Positions 13,222 to 27,364 of a DNA stretch of 64,000 nt are shown here, piece after piece. How positions within the stretch are numbered: the stretch's first letter is position 1; each line of letters starts with the position of its first letter. Source of the stretch: Eledone cirrhosa (taxonomy: Eukaryota); the NCBI GenBank assembly GCA_964016885.1, contig OZ024754.1, positions 36,394,001-36,458,000 of the forward strand, in the 5' to 3' direction. A model generated the notes under the pieces. The model was not told where the DNA came from and ran no database searches. It was given only the letters and a program-made list of their open reading frames with translations. A program made the translations under genes and the position numbers.

Positions 13222-15221
13222 CCATAACACTGACACTAACACTAACACCAACACTAACCATAACCATAACACTAACACTAACTCTAATCCTAACCATAAC
13301 CATAACACTAACACTAACTCTAATCCTAACCATAACCATAACACTAACTCTAATCCTAACCATAACCATAACACTAACACTAATCCTAACCATAACACTA
13401 ACACTAACACTAATCCTAACCATAACACTAACACTAACACTAATCCTAACCATAACACTAACACTAATCCTAACAATAACACTAACACTAACACCAACAC
13501 TAACTCTAATCCTAACCATAACCATAACACTAACACTAACACTAATCCTAACAATAACACTAACACTAACACCAACACTAACCATAACCATAACACTAAC
13601 ACTAACTCTAATCCTAACCATAACCATAACACTAACTCTAATCTTAACCATAACACTAACACTAACACTAATCCTAACCATAACACTAACACTAACACTA
13701 ATCCTAACCATAACACTAACACTAACACTAATCCTAACCATAACACTAACACTAACACTAATCCTAGCCATAACCATAACACTAACACTAATCCTAACCA
13801 TAACCATAACACTAACACTAATCCTAACCATAACCATAACACTAACACTAACTCTAATCCTAACCATAACCATAACCATAACACTAACACTAATCCTAAT
13901 CATAACACTAACACTAACACTAATCCTAGCCATAACCATAACACTAACACTAATCCTAACCATAACCATAACACTAACACTAACTCTAATCCTAACCATA
14001 ACCATAACACTAACACTAATCCTAACCATAACACTAACACTAACACTAATCCTAGCCATAACCATAACACTAACACTAATCCTAACCATAACCATAACAC
14101 TAACACTAATCCTAACCATAACCATAACACTAACACTAACTCTAATCCTAACCATAACCATAACACTAACACTAATCCTAACCATAACACTAACACTAAC
14201 ACTAATCCTAGCCATAACCATAACACTAACACTAATCCTAACCATAACCATAACACTAACACTAACACTAATCCTAACCATAACCATAACACTAACACTA
14301 ATCCTAACCATAACCATAACACTAACTCTAATCCTAACCATAACCATAACACTAACACTAACACTAATCCTAACCATAACACTAACACTAACACTAATCC
14401 TAACCATAACCATAACACTAACACTAATCCTAACCATAACACTAACACTAACACTAATCCTAGCCATAACCATAACACTAACACTAATCCTAACCATAAC
14501 CATAACACTAACTCTAATCCTAACCATAACCATAACACTAACACTAGCACTAATCCTAACCATAACACTAACACTAACACTAATCCTAACCATAACCATA
14601 ACACTAACACTAATCCTAACCATAACACTAACACTAACACTAATCCTAGCCATAACCATAACACTAACACTAATCCTAACCATAACCATAACACTAACAC
14701 TAACTCTAATCCTAACCATAACCATAACACTAACACTAACACTAATCCTAACCATAACACTAACACTAACACTAATCCTAGCCATAACCATAACACTAAC
14801 ACTAATCCTAACCATAACACTAACACTAACACTAATCCTAGCCATAACCATAACACTAACACTAACACTAATCCTAACCATGGCCATAACACTAACACTA
14901 ACACTAACAATAAGACTAATCCTAACCATGGCCATAACACTAACACTAACACTAACACTAACACTAATCCTATCCATAACCCTAAAACTAACACTAATCC
15001 TAACCATAACACTAACACTAACACTAACACTAATCCTAACCATGGCCATAACACTAACACTAACACTAACACTAACACTAATCCTATTCATAACCCTAAA
15101 ACTAACACTAATCCTAACCATAACACTAACACTAACACTAACACTAATCCTAACCATGGCCATAACACTAACACTAACACTAATCCTATCCATGACCCTA
15201 AAACTAACACTAATCCTAACC
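13222..15221. repeat. 2-kb array of telomere-like hexamers (TAACAC/TAACCA/TAATCC/TAACTC)
   Basis: Strict 6-nt periodicity TAANNN; the 680-aa ORFs are a consequence of it. Confidence 0.9.
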
Positions 15222-15254
15222 ACATCCCTAACGAGATGGACACATTAGAAGATA

Positions 15255-15440
15255 ACTGTTTCTACGTTAGGCACAAGGCCAACAATTACCCAGTGCACTA
15301 CTGGTACTTTATTTTATCGACCCCGTAAGGATGAAAGGCAAAGTTAACCTTGGCGGGATTTGAACTCAGAAAGGCAAGGGCTGTAACTCTATACGTCAAA
15401 GCATGGCGTCCGACCCTCTACCAATACTGCCAATCCACCG
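15255..15440 (-). mobile_element. tRNA-derived Nin/Deu SINE, near full length
   Basis: Reverse complement of tail, Deu core, B-box and head (ACTGCCAATCCACCG). Confidence 0.85.
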
Positions 15441-16254
15441 ATTAGAAGATAACGCTATAAAAGACTACCCTAAATTGACAATATGGTCGAAGCTGTAAAG
15501 AGTTCATCATAGATGAAGTGGACCAGATCTGACTTGGAGTTCAACAACAATAGTAGCAACAATATCAACATCTATTTGTTCATTTATGTATCTGCGTCTG
15601 TCTAAGTGTATCATTTTCGCTGTATGTATCTCGTTCAAATCCTTCTCCATTTCTCTTCACATACACGCATGCGCGCACATATGAGCATACACAGAAACAG
15701 CAGAGATATGAATAGAGGGAGAGGAGGGTGAGGTGGGGGACAATGAACGAAATAGAAAAGAGAATTAGCTATTGTTTAGTAAACGAAAGATAGATAGATA
15801 GAAACACACATATACATATGCAAAACACACAGACGTAAATGTATAATACACACACATATATATATATAATATATAATATATATATATAATATATGTAATA
15901 TATATATATAATATATATAATATATATATATAATATATATCATATATATAATATATATATTATATATATATAATATATATATATATAATATATATATAAT
16001 ATATATATATAATATATATTATATATATATGTGTGTGTGTCTATAATATATAATATATATATATATATAATATATATATAATATACATATATATATAAAT
16101 ATATATAATATATCTACATACATAAATACATACATACATACATAAACACACGTGTGTGTTTGTGCGTGTATGTTTATACCCGTGTGTATGTGTGTGATCG
16201 CAATTTGAGAAAGTGGAATGAGAGCGGATAATTTGTACATATCCTGTCTTCACA

Positions 16255-16440
16255 AATGTCAGCCATGTTATATTTTTTTCTCATACGGACTCCGCCTCCG
16301 GTGATGTCACTTCCGTTTAAGCATTCCCCTATACAACTTCTTCCCGTCTTTCGCTCGCTTCCTTTTAGCTATAGCTGGCTTGGTGCTTTGTTGCTAGCTG
16401 ATTGGTTAATTGTCGTTGTACTGGCATTACTTCCGGTTAT
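16255..16440. promoter_or_regulatory. Possible core promoter patch
   Basis: Unique, CpG-containing island between microsatellites with two ETS-like sites (CACTTCCG, ACTTCCGG), a CCAAT box (GATTGG) and a YY1-like AACATGGCTG on the minus strand. Confidence 0.35.
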
Positions 16441-16935
16441 AGAAGGAGAGGAGAGAGATAGAGAGAAATGGAGAGAGAGGGGGGAAAGATAGTGAAATAG
16501 TGAGATAGTGTTGTGAATGAGAGAGTTAAGGGGAGAATTTGGGAGGGAAAGTAGGAAAGGGAGATAGTGATTGAGAGAGAGTGTGCGTGAGAGAGAGAGA
16601 GAGAGAGAGAGAGTGAGTGTGTGTGATTGAGAGAGGGTGTGTGTGAGAGAGAGTGTGTATGTGTGTGTGAGAGGGTGTGTTTGTGTGAGGGAGAGTGTAT
16701 GTATGTGTGTGATTGAGAGAGAGAGTGCGTGTGTGTGTGTGTGTGTGTGTATGATGGAGAGAGGGTGTGTGAGGGAGTGTGTGCGTGTGTGTGTGAGAGA
16801 GAGGGAAAGAGAAATGAGAGTGAAAAAGCATGCATAATAAACTCACACATACAACAGACACACATACACACACACACACACATATATATATATGTACATA
16901 TATCTGTGTGTATGTGTGTGTATACATATATATAA

Positions 16936-17003
<68 letters not shown>

Positions 17004-17129
17004 ATATATATGTGTCTGTGTATGTGTGTATACACATACATACACATATAATAAATTGAAAACTTTAAAAATAATGGCTACTTATGATATATTTTGATAG
17101 TGTGGCGTTGAGGAATCATTCTTTGTATT

Positions 17130-19037
17130 TGTGTGTGTATGCGTGTGCGTGTTCGTTTGTCTGTGTGTGTATGTGTGTCAGTGTGTGTATGTGTGTGTAT
17201 GTGTGTGTATGTGTGTGTATGTTTGTGTGTATGCGTGTGCGTGTTCGTTTGTCTGTGTGTGTATGTGTGTCAGTGTGTGTATGTGTATGTATGTTTGTGT
17301 GTCAGTGTGTGCATGTATATGTGTGCATTTGTATGTGTGTGCATGTGTGTCAGTGTGTGTATGTGAGTGTATGTTTGTGTGTCAGTGTGTGCATGTATAT
17401 GTGTGCATTTGTATGTGTGTGTATGTGTGTCAGTGTGTGTATGTGTGTGTATGTTTGTGTGTCAGTGTGTGCATGTATATGTGTGCATTTGTATGTGTGT
17501 GTATGTGTGTCAGTGTGTGTATGTGTGTGTATGTGAGTGTATGTTTGTGTGTCAGTGTGTGCATGTATATGTGTGCATTTGTATGTGTGTGTATGTGTGT
17601 CAGTGTGTGTATGTGTGTGTATGAGTGTGTATGTTTGTGTGTCACTGTGTGCATGTATATGTGTGCATTTGTATGTGTGTGTATGTGTGTCAGTGTGTGT
17701 ATGTGTGTGTATGTGTGTGTATGTTTGTGTGTCAGTGTGTGCATGTATATGTGTGCATTTGTATGTGTGTGCATGTGTGTCAGTGTGTGTATGTGTGTGT
17801 ATGTTTGTGTGTCAGTGTGTGCATGTATATGTGTGCATTTGTATGTGTGTGTATGTGTGTCAGTGTGTGTATGTGTGTGTATGTGTGTGTATGTTTGTGT
17901 GTCAGTGTGTGCATGTATATGTGTGCATTTGTATGTGTGTGTATGTGTGTCAGTGTGTGTATGTGTGTGTATGTTTGTGTGTCAGTGTGTGCATGTATAT
18001 GTGTGCATTTGTATGTGTGTGTATGTGTGTCAGTGTGTGTATGTGTGTGTATGTTTGTGTGTCAGTGTGTGCATGTATATGTGTGCATTTGTATGTGTGT
18101 GTATGTGTGTGTATGTTTGTGTGTCAGTGTGTGCATGTATATGTGTGCATTTGTATGTGTGTGTGTGTGTGTGTATGTGAGTGTATGTTTGTGTGTCAGT
18201 GTGTGCATTATATGTGTGCATTTGTATGTGTGTTTGTATGTGTGTGTTTCTTTTGTAGGTATACGCACGCGTGTGTGCATGTATATGTGTGCATTTGTAT
18301 GTGTGTGTGTGTGTGTCAGTGTGTGTTTGTATGTGCATGCATGTATATGTGTGCATTTGTAAATGTGTGTTTGTTTTTTTGGGGTGTACGCACGCGCGTG
18401 TGTGTGTGCGTGTATGTGACTGTATATATATATGTGTGTGTGTTTGAGTGTGTATGTTGGTATATATGTGTGTGTGTGTGTACATGTGTGTGTGTACGGG
18501 TGCATGCGTGGGTATGTGTGTGTGTGTGTGTCTGAGTGTGTGTGTGTGTACGGGTGCATGTATGTGTATATGTGTGTGTGTGTGTGTGTGTCTGAGTGTG
18601 TGTGTGTGTGTGTGTACGGGTGCATGTATGTGTATGTGTGTGTGTGTGTGTACGGGTGCATGTATGTGTATGTGTGTGTGTGTGTCTGAGTGTGTGTGTG
18701 TGTACGGGTGCATGTATGTGTATATGTGAGTGTGTGTGTGTGTGTGTACGGGTGCATGTATGTGTATGTGTGTGTGTGTGTGTGTGAGTGTGTGTGTGTG
18801 TACAGGTGCATGTATGTGTATATGTGTATGTGTGTGTGTACGGGTGCATGTATGTGTATGTGTGTGTGTGTGTCTGAGTGTGTGTGTGTGTGTGTGTACG
18901 GGTGCATGTATGTGCATATGTGAGTGTGTGTGTGTGTGTACGGGTGCATGTATGTGTATGTGTGTGTGTGTGTGTGTCTGAATGTGTGTGTGTGTGTACG
19001 GGTGCATGCATGTGTATATATGTGTGTGTGTGTGTCT

Positions 19038-19072
<35 letters not shown>

Positions 19073-19100
19073 GGTGCATGTATGTGTATGTGTGTGTGAA
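17130..19100. repeat. GT-rich compound minisatellites
   Basis: Units with GTCAGTGTGTGCATGTATATGTGTGCATTT, then GTACGGGTGCATGTATG. Confidence 0.9.
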
Positions 19101-19617
19101 GCTAGATTCTAAACGTTTGAAAAATGATGCCTGTTTTCACAGGAACCAGTAATTTTTCTTAGACAGAGAAATTCGATCTCTGAAAGTGAATGAAATATCC
19201 TCTCTACGTGCGTTTGTAGGGATATTACCGTCTCTTGTGGTTAACATCGACATGTAGACAGGCTTTACTGTACATTCAAACTGACTATTTGTTTGTATTC
19301 TTCTATCAGGTTACCACTATTTCATTGACAGTACATGGTTTGCAAGGTGTATATCTAACATGCATATCACATTGTTTTAAGCGATTAAAGATCTGTGTCA
19401 TTACTATACTCAAGAGTTATAGCGTTGTTTCTAACTCTTTAGGTACTCTATCACATCAAACCACATTAGCAAAACATTGTTTACATATACATAACAGCAC
19501 TATGACTATATCACATTAAATATTCAAATTTTTACTCGAATATTGCTAATTTTCATGGTGATATATGTCCACTAATAAAGATACTAATAACATTTGAAAA
19601 CCAAACTCCACCAAAGG

Positions 19618-20480
19618 GGCTGAGCTGGCTATCCCTAGCAGTGGATACTTCTGGTGTCCTTGGCCCTAGGGCTACCTCCCTACTCACCACCATAGGCGCT
19701 GAGCTGTCTACCCCTAGCAGTGGATACTTCTGGTGTCCTTGGCCCTAGGGCACCTCCCTACTCACCACCATAGGCGCTGAGCTGTCTACCCCTAGCAGTG
19801 GAGACTTCTGGTGTCCCTGGCCCTAGGGCTACCTCCCTACTCACCACCACAGGCGCTGAGCTGTCTACCCCTAGCAGTGGAGACTTCTGGTGTCCTTGGC
19901 CCTAGGGCTACCTCCCTCCTCACCACCATAGGCGCTGAGCTGTCTACCCCTAGCAGTGGAGACTTCTGGTGTCCTTGGCCCTAGGACTACCTCCCTACTC
20001 ACCACCATAGGCGCTGAACTGTCTACCCCTAGCAGTGGAGACTTCTGGTGTCCTTGGCCCTAGGGCTACCTCCCTCCTCACCACCATAGGCGCTGAGCTG
20101 TCTACCCCTAGCAGTGGAGACTTCTGGTGTCCTTGGCCCTAGGGCTACCTCCCTCCTCACCACCATAGGCGCTGAGCTGTCCACCCCTAGCAGTGGAGAC
20201 TTCTGGTGTCCTTGGCCCTAGGACTACCTCCCTACTCACCACCATAGGCGCTGAGCTGGCGAGCCGCAGGTGTGAGCCTCGCGAGTTGGAATGGGTCTTC
20301 CAGCGCTTCTCCCTTACCATCCTCCGGGAAAAGGCATTCTCCATTCTGTCCGCCGGGGCTGTGGGGAGGCCAGCATGTGGGACCCCATTTGCTCACCATT
20401 CAGAGAGATTGGGGGGGGGGGCGAGAGAGATGGAGGCGATGACAGTGGGAGTTTGGCTCTTCCACGTTCGGACCATATCC
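19618..20480 (+). mobile_element. 3' fragment of a CRE-clade non-LTR retrotransposon with a 79-bp coding segment amplified about 8 times
   Basis: Translation PLAVETSGVLGP...IGAELA...EPRELEWVFQRFSLTILREKAFSIL matches the C-terminal restriction-like endonuclease motif of CRE elements (P.AVET.G..G...QRLS..I.RGNA..IL); recognised by eye. Confidence 0.7.
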
Positions 20481-20619
20481 TTGTGGTTGTGTTTAATATA
20501 GTTGTGTACCCTACTGTTGCCACAGAAATTGACAAACCTATTTTTAGATATATTCTTCAGTTTACTGTTTTACTGTTTTACGTGCTCCAGACGACAAGCT
20601 AACACTACACTTTCTATAA

Positions 20620-20790
20620 CCAGCCTTTCTTGGTTAGCCATTGATGTAAAAGTGTTTGCTGATACCGCCCTTATTTGTGCTTCGTCTCGTGCTGTGAGTT
20701 CATCCGGGATCTTAGTTAGCAGAATGTCAAGATGACATTCTTGAAAATTTGTCAAGAAAACTTTAATATCAATAGACAGTAGTGGACCTC
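20620..20790 (-). mobile_element. Degenerate 3' end of a CR1-group LINE ORF2
   Basis: Minus-strand LDILLTKIPDE.....IRAVSANT resembles the LD..L..IPDEP...RA..SNS terminus of CR1-like elements. Confidence 0.4.
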
Positions 20791-20859
20791 CATCGGTTTC
20801 GACGATCGACGTTCTAGTTATTCGATCAGCTGAACAGACTGCTCTTGAAATTAACATGC

Positions 20860-21140
20860 AGTTGGCTGAGCATTCCAGTATTCAAATGTACCTTCAATTT
20901 ACCTTTAATTACTCAGGGAGATTCAGCATGACAACCTGTGATAAAGCTGATCCTTTAAATTACAGTTATAGTTATTCCATCCCAAAAGCTTCCAAACAGT
21001 TTCCGTCTACCCAATTTTATTCATAAGAGATAGATCGAACTGAGGCGAGAGCAGATAACTCTTACCCTAGATATTATTCAGTAAAATTGACACCATGACC
21101 TTATGAATACAATACGAACGTCTTAACCATTCGGCCATGT
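20860..21140 (-). mobile_element. Diverged tRNA-derived SINE(s)
   Basis: CAGTTTCCGTCTAC motif and tRNA-head-like end, similar to 44110-44258. Confidence 0.45.
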
Positions 21141-21497
21141 TACGTCTTCATCAATAAAATAACAATCAATATCAGTCACAGAGGATGGACAGTTGTTAAC
21201 TTGACTATAAATTCTTATCTGCAGATCTTCGCCTAATGCCAAGAAGATTTTGTAACGAGATTACACTGCCAAAATGTCCATGTGAAGACGTACGAATGTC
21301 AAGAATAATAATCCCTGCATTGTTTATTTAAATATATACAAAGTTCAACTCATCAATCCCAATACATCCACATACTTTTTCACGTAATTTAGCTAGAGTG
21401 CTACATTGCTAAGGAACATAAGATCACCAACTATGTGGTTATGTTGACAGCAAATAATTTTTATATATTTACTAAGCTCGTATGTAGCTGTCTATAC

Positions 21498-21534
<37 letters not shown>

Positions 21535-21547
21535 GACACACACACAC

Positions 21548-21645
<98 letters not shown>

Positions 21646-21818
21646 GTGTGTAAATAGGGAGAAAAAGACGATTATTAGGAAGAAACATTTTTTTTTTTTC
21701 CTTTTATTCTTTTCTCTTTTTTCTGGGTTAGAAAATGTTTAAAACAAAATATTTTACTTTGTGTAAAGTGTTAAGGTATTAGTTAATGTATTTATTAATT
21801 AACTATGGCATTTATTTA

Positions 21819-21901
<83 letters not shown>

Positions 21902-22235
21902 TATTTGCGGCTAAGATTAACGTATATTCGGTTGCTCACTTTATCAAATATTTTTTTAATCCTCTCGTTAACAAAATTACCACCTATGTTTATCAAAGAT
22001 TTTTTTTTAGAATTTATTGCTATAACAATAAATTATGACAGTTTTCCATTCTATTCTTATCTTCTATCGACTTATCTTTATCAAATAGCTGATTACTATT
22101 ACGAACGAACAGTGACGTGTATGTGTGTGTGTCGTAAGGAGAGAAAGTTAGCTCCCGGCCAGCAAGTTCACAAATAACTCATTCCCCTACCACTATTCAT
22201 TTAGAATCTGAAATGTTTACTTCTTTATTTGTTAG

Positions 22236-22343
22236 GTTTGAATGAAGCCAACGAAGGAGCTTCTGTATTATTGTTTGACCTTGTAGAAATAACCAAGTCT
22301 TCCAGAAATGATAGCCTAACGCAGTGTTTCTTTAATGGGGATC
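22236..22343 (+). CDS. Candidate internal exon (108 nt, symmetric phase 1), product unknown
   Basis: Pyrimidine tract TTTACTTCTTTATTTGTTAG, open frame (G)LNEANEGASVLLFDLVEITKSSRNDSLTQCFFNGD, donor GTGAGA; no homology recognised. Confidence 0.3.
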
Positions 22344-23172
22344 GTGAGATTTCAGAATGGACCGTATTTACTGAACTATGTACTTTATACAATGTTGTAT
22401 ACAATGCAATATACTATACTAGACTATATTATACTATATTATACTATATTATATTATATACTATACTATATACTATACTATACTGTACTGTACTGTACTA
22501 TACTATACTATACTATACTATACTATACTATACTATACTATACTATACTATACTATACTATACTATACTATACTGTACTATACTATACTATACTATACTA
22601 TATTATACTGTACTATACTATACTATATTATATACTATACTATATTATAATATACTATACTATATTATACTATACTATATTATATACTATACTATACTAT
22701 ACTGTACTATACTATACTATACTATACTATACTATACTATACTATACTATACTATACTATACTATACTATACTATACTGTACTGTACTATACTATACTAT
22801 ACTAAACTATATTATACTGTACTATACTATATTATATACTATACTATACTATATTATAATATACTATACTATATTATACTATATTATATTATATACTATA
22901 TTATATACTATACTATACTGTACTGTACTGTACTATACTATACCACACTATACTATATTATACTACTATACTATACTATATTATATACTATACTATACTA
23001 TACTATACTATATTATAATATACTATACTATATTATATACTATATAATACTATATTATATTCTATACTATATTATGCTATATACTATGCACTATACTATA
23101 TACTATAGTATACTGTACTATACTATACTATACTATACTATACTATACTATACTATACTATACTATACTATG

Positions 23173-23440
23173 GGGAGGCACGTGGCCTAGTTGTAAGGGT
23201 GTTGGACTTCGATTCCTGGGTTGTATGTTGTGTTCTTTAACAAAACACTTCATTCCACATTGCTCCAGTATACTCAGCTGAAAATGAGTACCAGCAATAG
23301 CTGGGGGTTTAACCCTGCGATGGACTGGCGTCCTATCCAGGGGGGGTCTTGTACTCTCAGTTGCTTCACGCCACGAAAACGGGATAAGCACCGGTCTAAC
23401 GAACCTTAAATGGCTTACGACAGACTTTAGACTTTTTTAG
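23173..23440 (+). mobile_element. tRNA-derived SINE with a V-domain-like segment
   Basis: Head GGAGGCACGTGGCCTAG...TTCGATTCC, central CCCTGCGATGGACTGGCGTCCTATCCAGGG, short repeat tail (GACTTT). Confidence 0.65.
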
Positions 23441-23489
23441 ACTATATACTATACTATACTATATTATACTATACTAAAGAGCGGTCGAT

Positions 23490-23668
23490 TTGCAGTATCG
23501 GTAGAGGGTCGGACGCCATGCTTTCCAGCATAGTTATGTCCCTTTACGAATTGAGTTCAAATCCTGCCGAAGTTGACTTTGCCTTTCATCCTTACGGGGT
23601 CGATAAAATAAAGTACCAGTAATGCACTGGGTAATTGCTGGCCTTGTGCCTAAAGTAGAAACAATTAT
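23490..23668 (+). mobile_element. Nin/Deu SINE
   Basis: Same head, core and tail as the other copies. Confidence 0.85.
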
Positions 23669-24245
23669 ACTATACTATAATATATACTATACTATACTAT
23701 ATATTATACTATATTAACCTTATACGATGATTGTGGAGAGTAAGGATTTTTGGAATATCGAATGAATAATTCGGATCTAATGTATAGAGGAATAAGTGAA
23801 ATGTTGGTAATATGGCAGTTGATATAGATCACCCGGGGAAAAGACGAGAGAGTCACAATTGGAATGCCGTTAATTATAGATCTGCTTAGTGAAACCCGAG
23901 GCTAAACGACAACAATAATAGGAACGATCTTTGAGAAAGGTTTGAATTGCACGTAATATATCGTTTTCCATATTTCTATTTCTTTTCTTTTTTTTATGAT
24001 AAACCGTGCAATAGTCTATGTACAATATCGGGCTTGTGCCTACCTAAGATATTATAGATTGCACGTGCATTGAAGCTGCTGTCATATCCTCTCAAACGAG
24101 TTGGTCAGGCCATGAAGGAGGAAAGACTCCCTAAATAACTATTTTACACTCAATCAATTTCACACTGGGAAACGCCCTTAGCATACCCCCCCCCCCAAAA
24201 AAAAAGATATAAAGATTGCATAGAGACAATTTTAAGGATCTACAG

Positions 24246-24570
24246 CAGTGATTCGCAACGTGGGGCACACACCCAACGTGGGGCGCAATTTGAATATTTA
24301 AGGAGGTCATTTGAAAATGATGTTAATGAGAACAAACCTCAGGTTTTACTTTATTACTTTTACACCAAGGCAACTTTGGTGCACATTGCTGTCAGAAACT
24401 CCTGCTCACCTCATCCATATGTTATTGTGCATTTGGCACCACTTATACACCAATTTGTTTACACTTTGCAGTTGATCATTGTTGCTGTTTTCATGTCAAA
24501 GGGGGGGGGGACATTACAATTTTTTAGAAGCCGAGGTGCGACATGGTGCACAAAATGTTGAGAACCACTG
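24246..24570. mobile_element. Non-autonomous hAT-Charlie MITE
   Basis: TIRs CAGTGATTCGCAAC / GTTGAGAACCACTG; TSD ATCTACAG/ATCTCTAG. Confidence 0.8.
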
Positions 24571-24912
24571 ATCTCTAGTTTGAAGTTCAGAACTGGGAAG
24601 TGCTTTTAAAGGGGATTGAATGGAGAGGACATATGAAAGAATGCTGCAGAATGTTTAAAGAGAGACGTCTTGACCATAAAAAATCTTAAACGTCAGCTTC
24701 GAAAAAGCCAAAGTATGAACCTCAATAAAAACATAGGGCGCTGGAGTAGTGATGTGTGTGGTTGTCTACTGCTCGTTAAATCTAGGTACATCACTACATC
24801 ACTCATTTAAAATCACATGAAAAGCCAACTGTATGCAGCTCTATCCCTCCAATACTATGTGAGACAAAATGCGTAGTATGCAAAAAAAGGTCTGCAAATC
24901 AATTTCTGGTCT

Positions 24913-25661
<749 letters not shown>

Positions 25662-25789
25662 ACAAATCCTTACATTATTCAGTTATAATCCAATTCACGA
25701 CACAGTCAGACTAAACTACTTTATATTTAAATCCGTGTCACATTAATTGTGTTGCTTAATGACATCTGTCTGGCTTTTATAAAGTGAGT

Positions 25790-25823
25790 AATATATTCAT
25801 ATATATATATATATGTGTATATA

Positions 25824-25878
<55 letters not shown>

Positions 25879-25954
25879 GTATACATATATATATATGTAT
25901 ACATATATATATATGTATATATATATATATGTATACATATATATATATGTATAC

Positions 25955-26034
<80 letters not shown>

Positions 26035-26047
26035 ATATATATGTATG

Positions 26048-26082
<35 letters not shown>

Positions 26083-26102
26083 GTATGTATATATATGTAT
26101 AT

Positions 26103-26137
<35 letters not shown>

Positions 26138-26138
26138 A

Positions 26139-26177
<39 letters not shown>

Positions 26178-26178
26178 A

Positions 26179-26215
<37 letters not shown>

Positions 26216-26216
26216 A

Positions 26217-26291
<75 letters not shown>

Positions 26292-26430
26292 TATATATGT
26301 ATATATATATATATATAATATATATGTATACACATATATATATATATATACATATATACATATGCATATATATATATATATATATATGAAGAAAAAACCC
26401 GACCGTAAACTTTACACACATACACACATA

Positions 26431-26470
<40 letters not shown>

Positions 26471-26478
26471 CACACACA

Positions 26479-26520
<42 letters not shown>
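25790..26520. repeat. (TA)n and (CA)n microsatellite block
   Basis: Direct observation. Confidence 0.95.
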
Positions 26521-26521
<1 letters not shown>

Positions 26522-26650
26522 TTATAGCTTATGTCACATCATTAGATTGCCTATAATCTCTGCCTGCTTCTCCTCCCCTTCCTTCTCCACATCAAACTCT
26601 ATTGTTCCTAAGCAAAGAAAAACTTATTTATTAATATTTGTAACTTATTA

Positions 26651-27364
26651 TTTGGCAGTATCGGTAGAGGGTCGGACGCCATGCTTTCCAGCATAGTTAC
26701 GTCCCTTTACGAGCTGAGTTCAAATCCGGCCGCGGATAACTTTGCCTTTCATCCTTACGGGGTCGATAAAATAAAGTACCAGTAATGCACTGGGGTAATT
26801 GCTGGCCTTGTGCCTAAAGTAGAAACAATTATTTGGCAGTATCGGTAGAGCGTCGGACATGCTTTCCAGCATAGTTACGTCCCTTTACGATCTGAGTTCA
26901 AATCCGGCCGAGGTTGACTTTGCCTTTCATCCTTACGGGGTCTATAAAATAAAGTACCAGTAATGTACTGGGGTAATTGCTGGCCTTGTGCCTAAAGTAG
27001 AAACAATTATTTGGCAGTATCGGTAGAGCGTCGGACATGCTTTCCAGCATAGTTACGTCCCTTTACGATCTGAGTTCAAATCCGGCCGAGGTTGACTTTG
27101 CCTTTCATCCTTACGGGGTCGATGAAATAAAGTACCAGTAATGCACTGGGGTAATTGCTGGCCTTGTGCCTAAAGTAGAAACAATTATTTGGCAGTATCG
27201 GTAGAGCGTCGGACATGCTTTCCAGCATAGTTACGTCCCTTTACGATCTGAGTTCAAATCCGGCCGAGGTTGACTTTGCCTTTCATCCTTACGGGGTCGA
27301 TAAAATAAAGTACCAGTAATGTAGTGGGTAACTGCTGGCCTTGTGCCTAAAATAGAAACAATTA
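26651..27364 (+). mobile_element. Head-to-tail tetramer of the Nin/Deu SINE (178-181-bp units)
   Basis: Units start at about 26651, 26832, 27010 and 27188. Confidence 0.9.

Larger units (their letters stand above)
22410..23715. repeat. (TACTA)n pentanucleotide array interrupted by SINE insertions
   Basis: Direct observation. Confidence 0.9.

Noticed and set aside
13166-15248. 680-aa ORFs on both strands
   Set aside because: A by-product of hexamer periodicity; composed of very few residue types.
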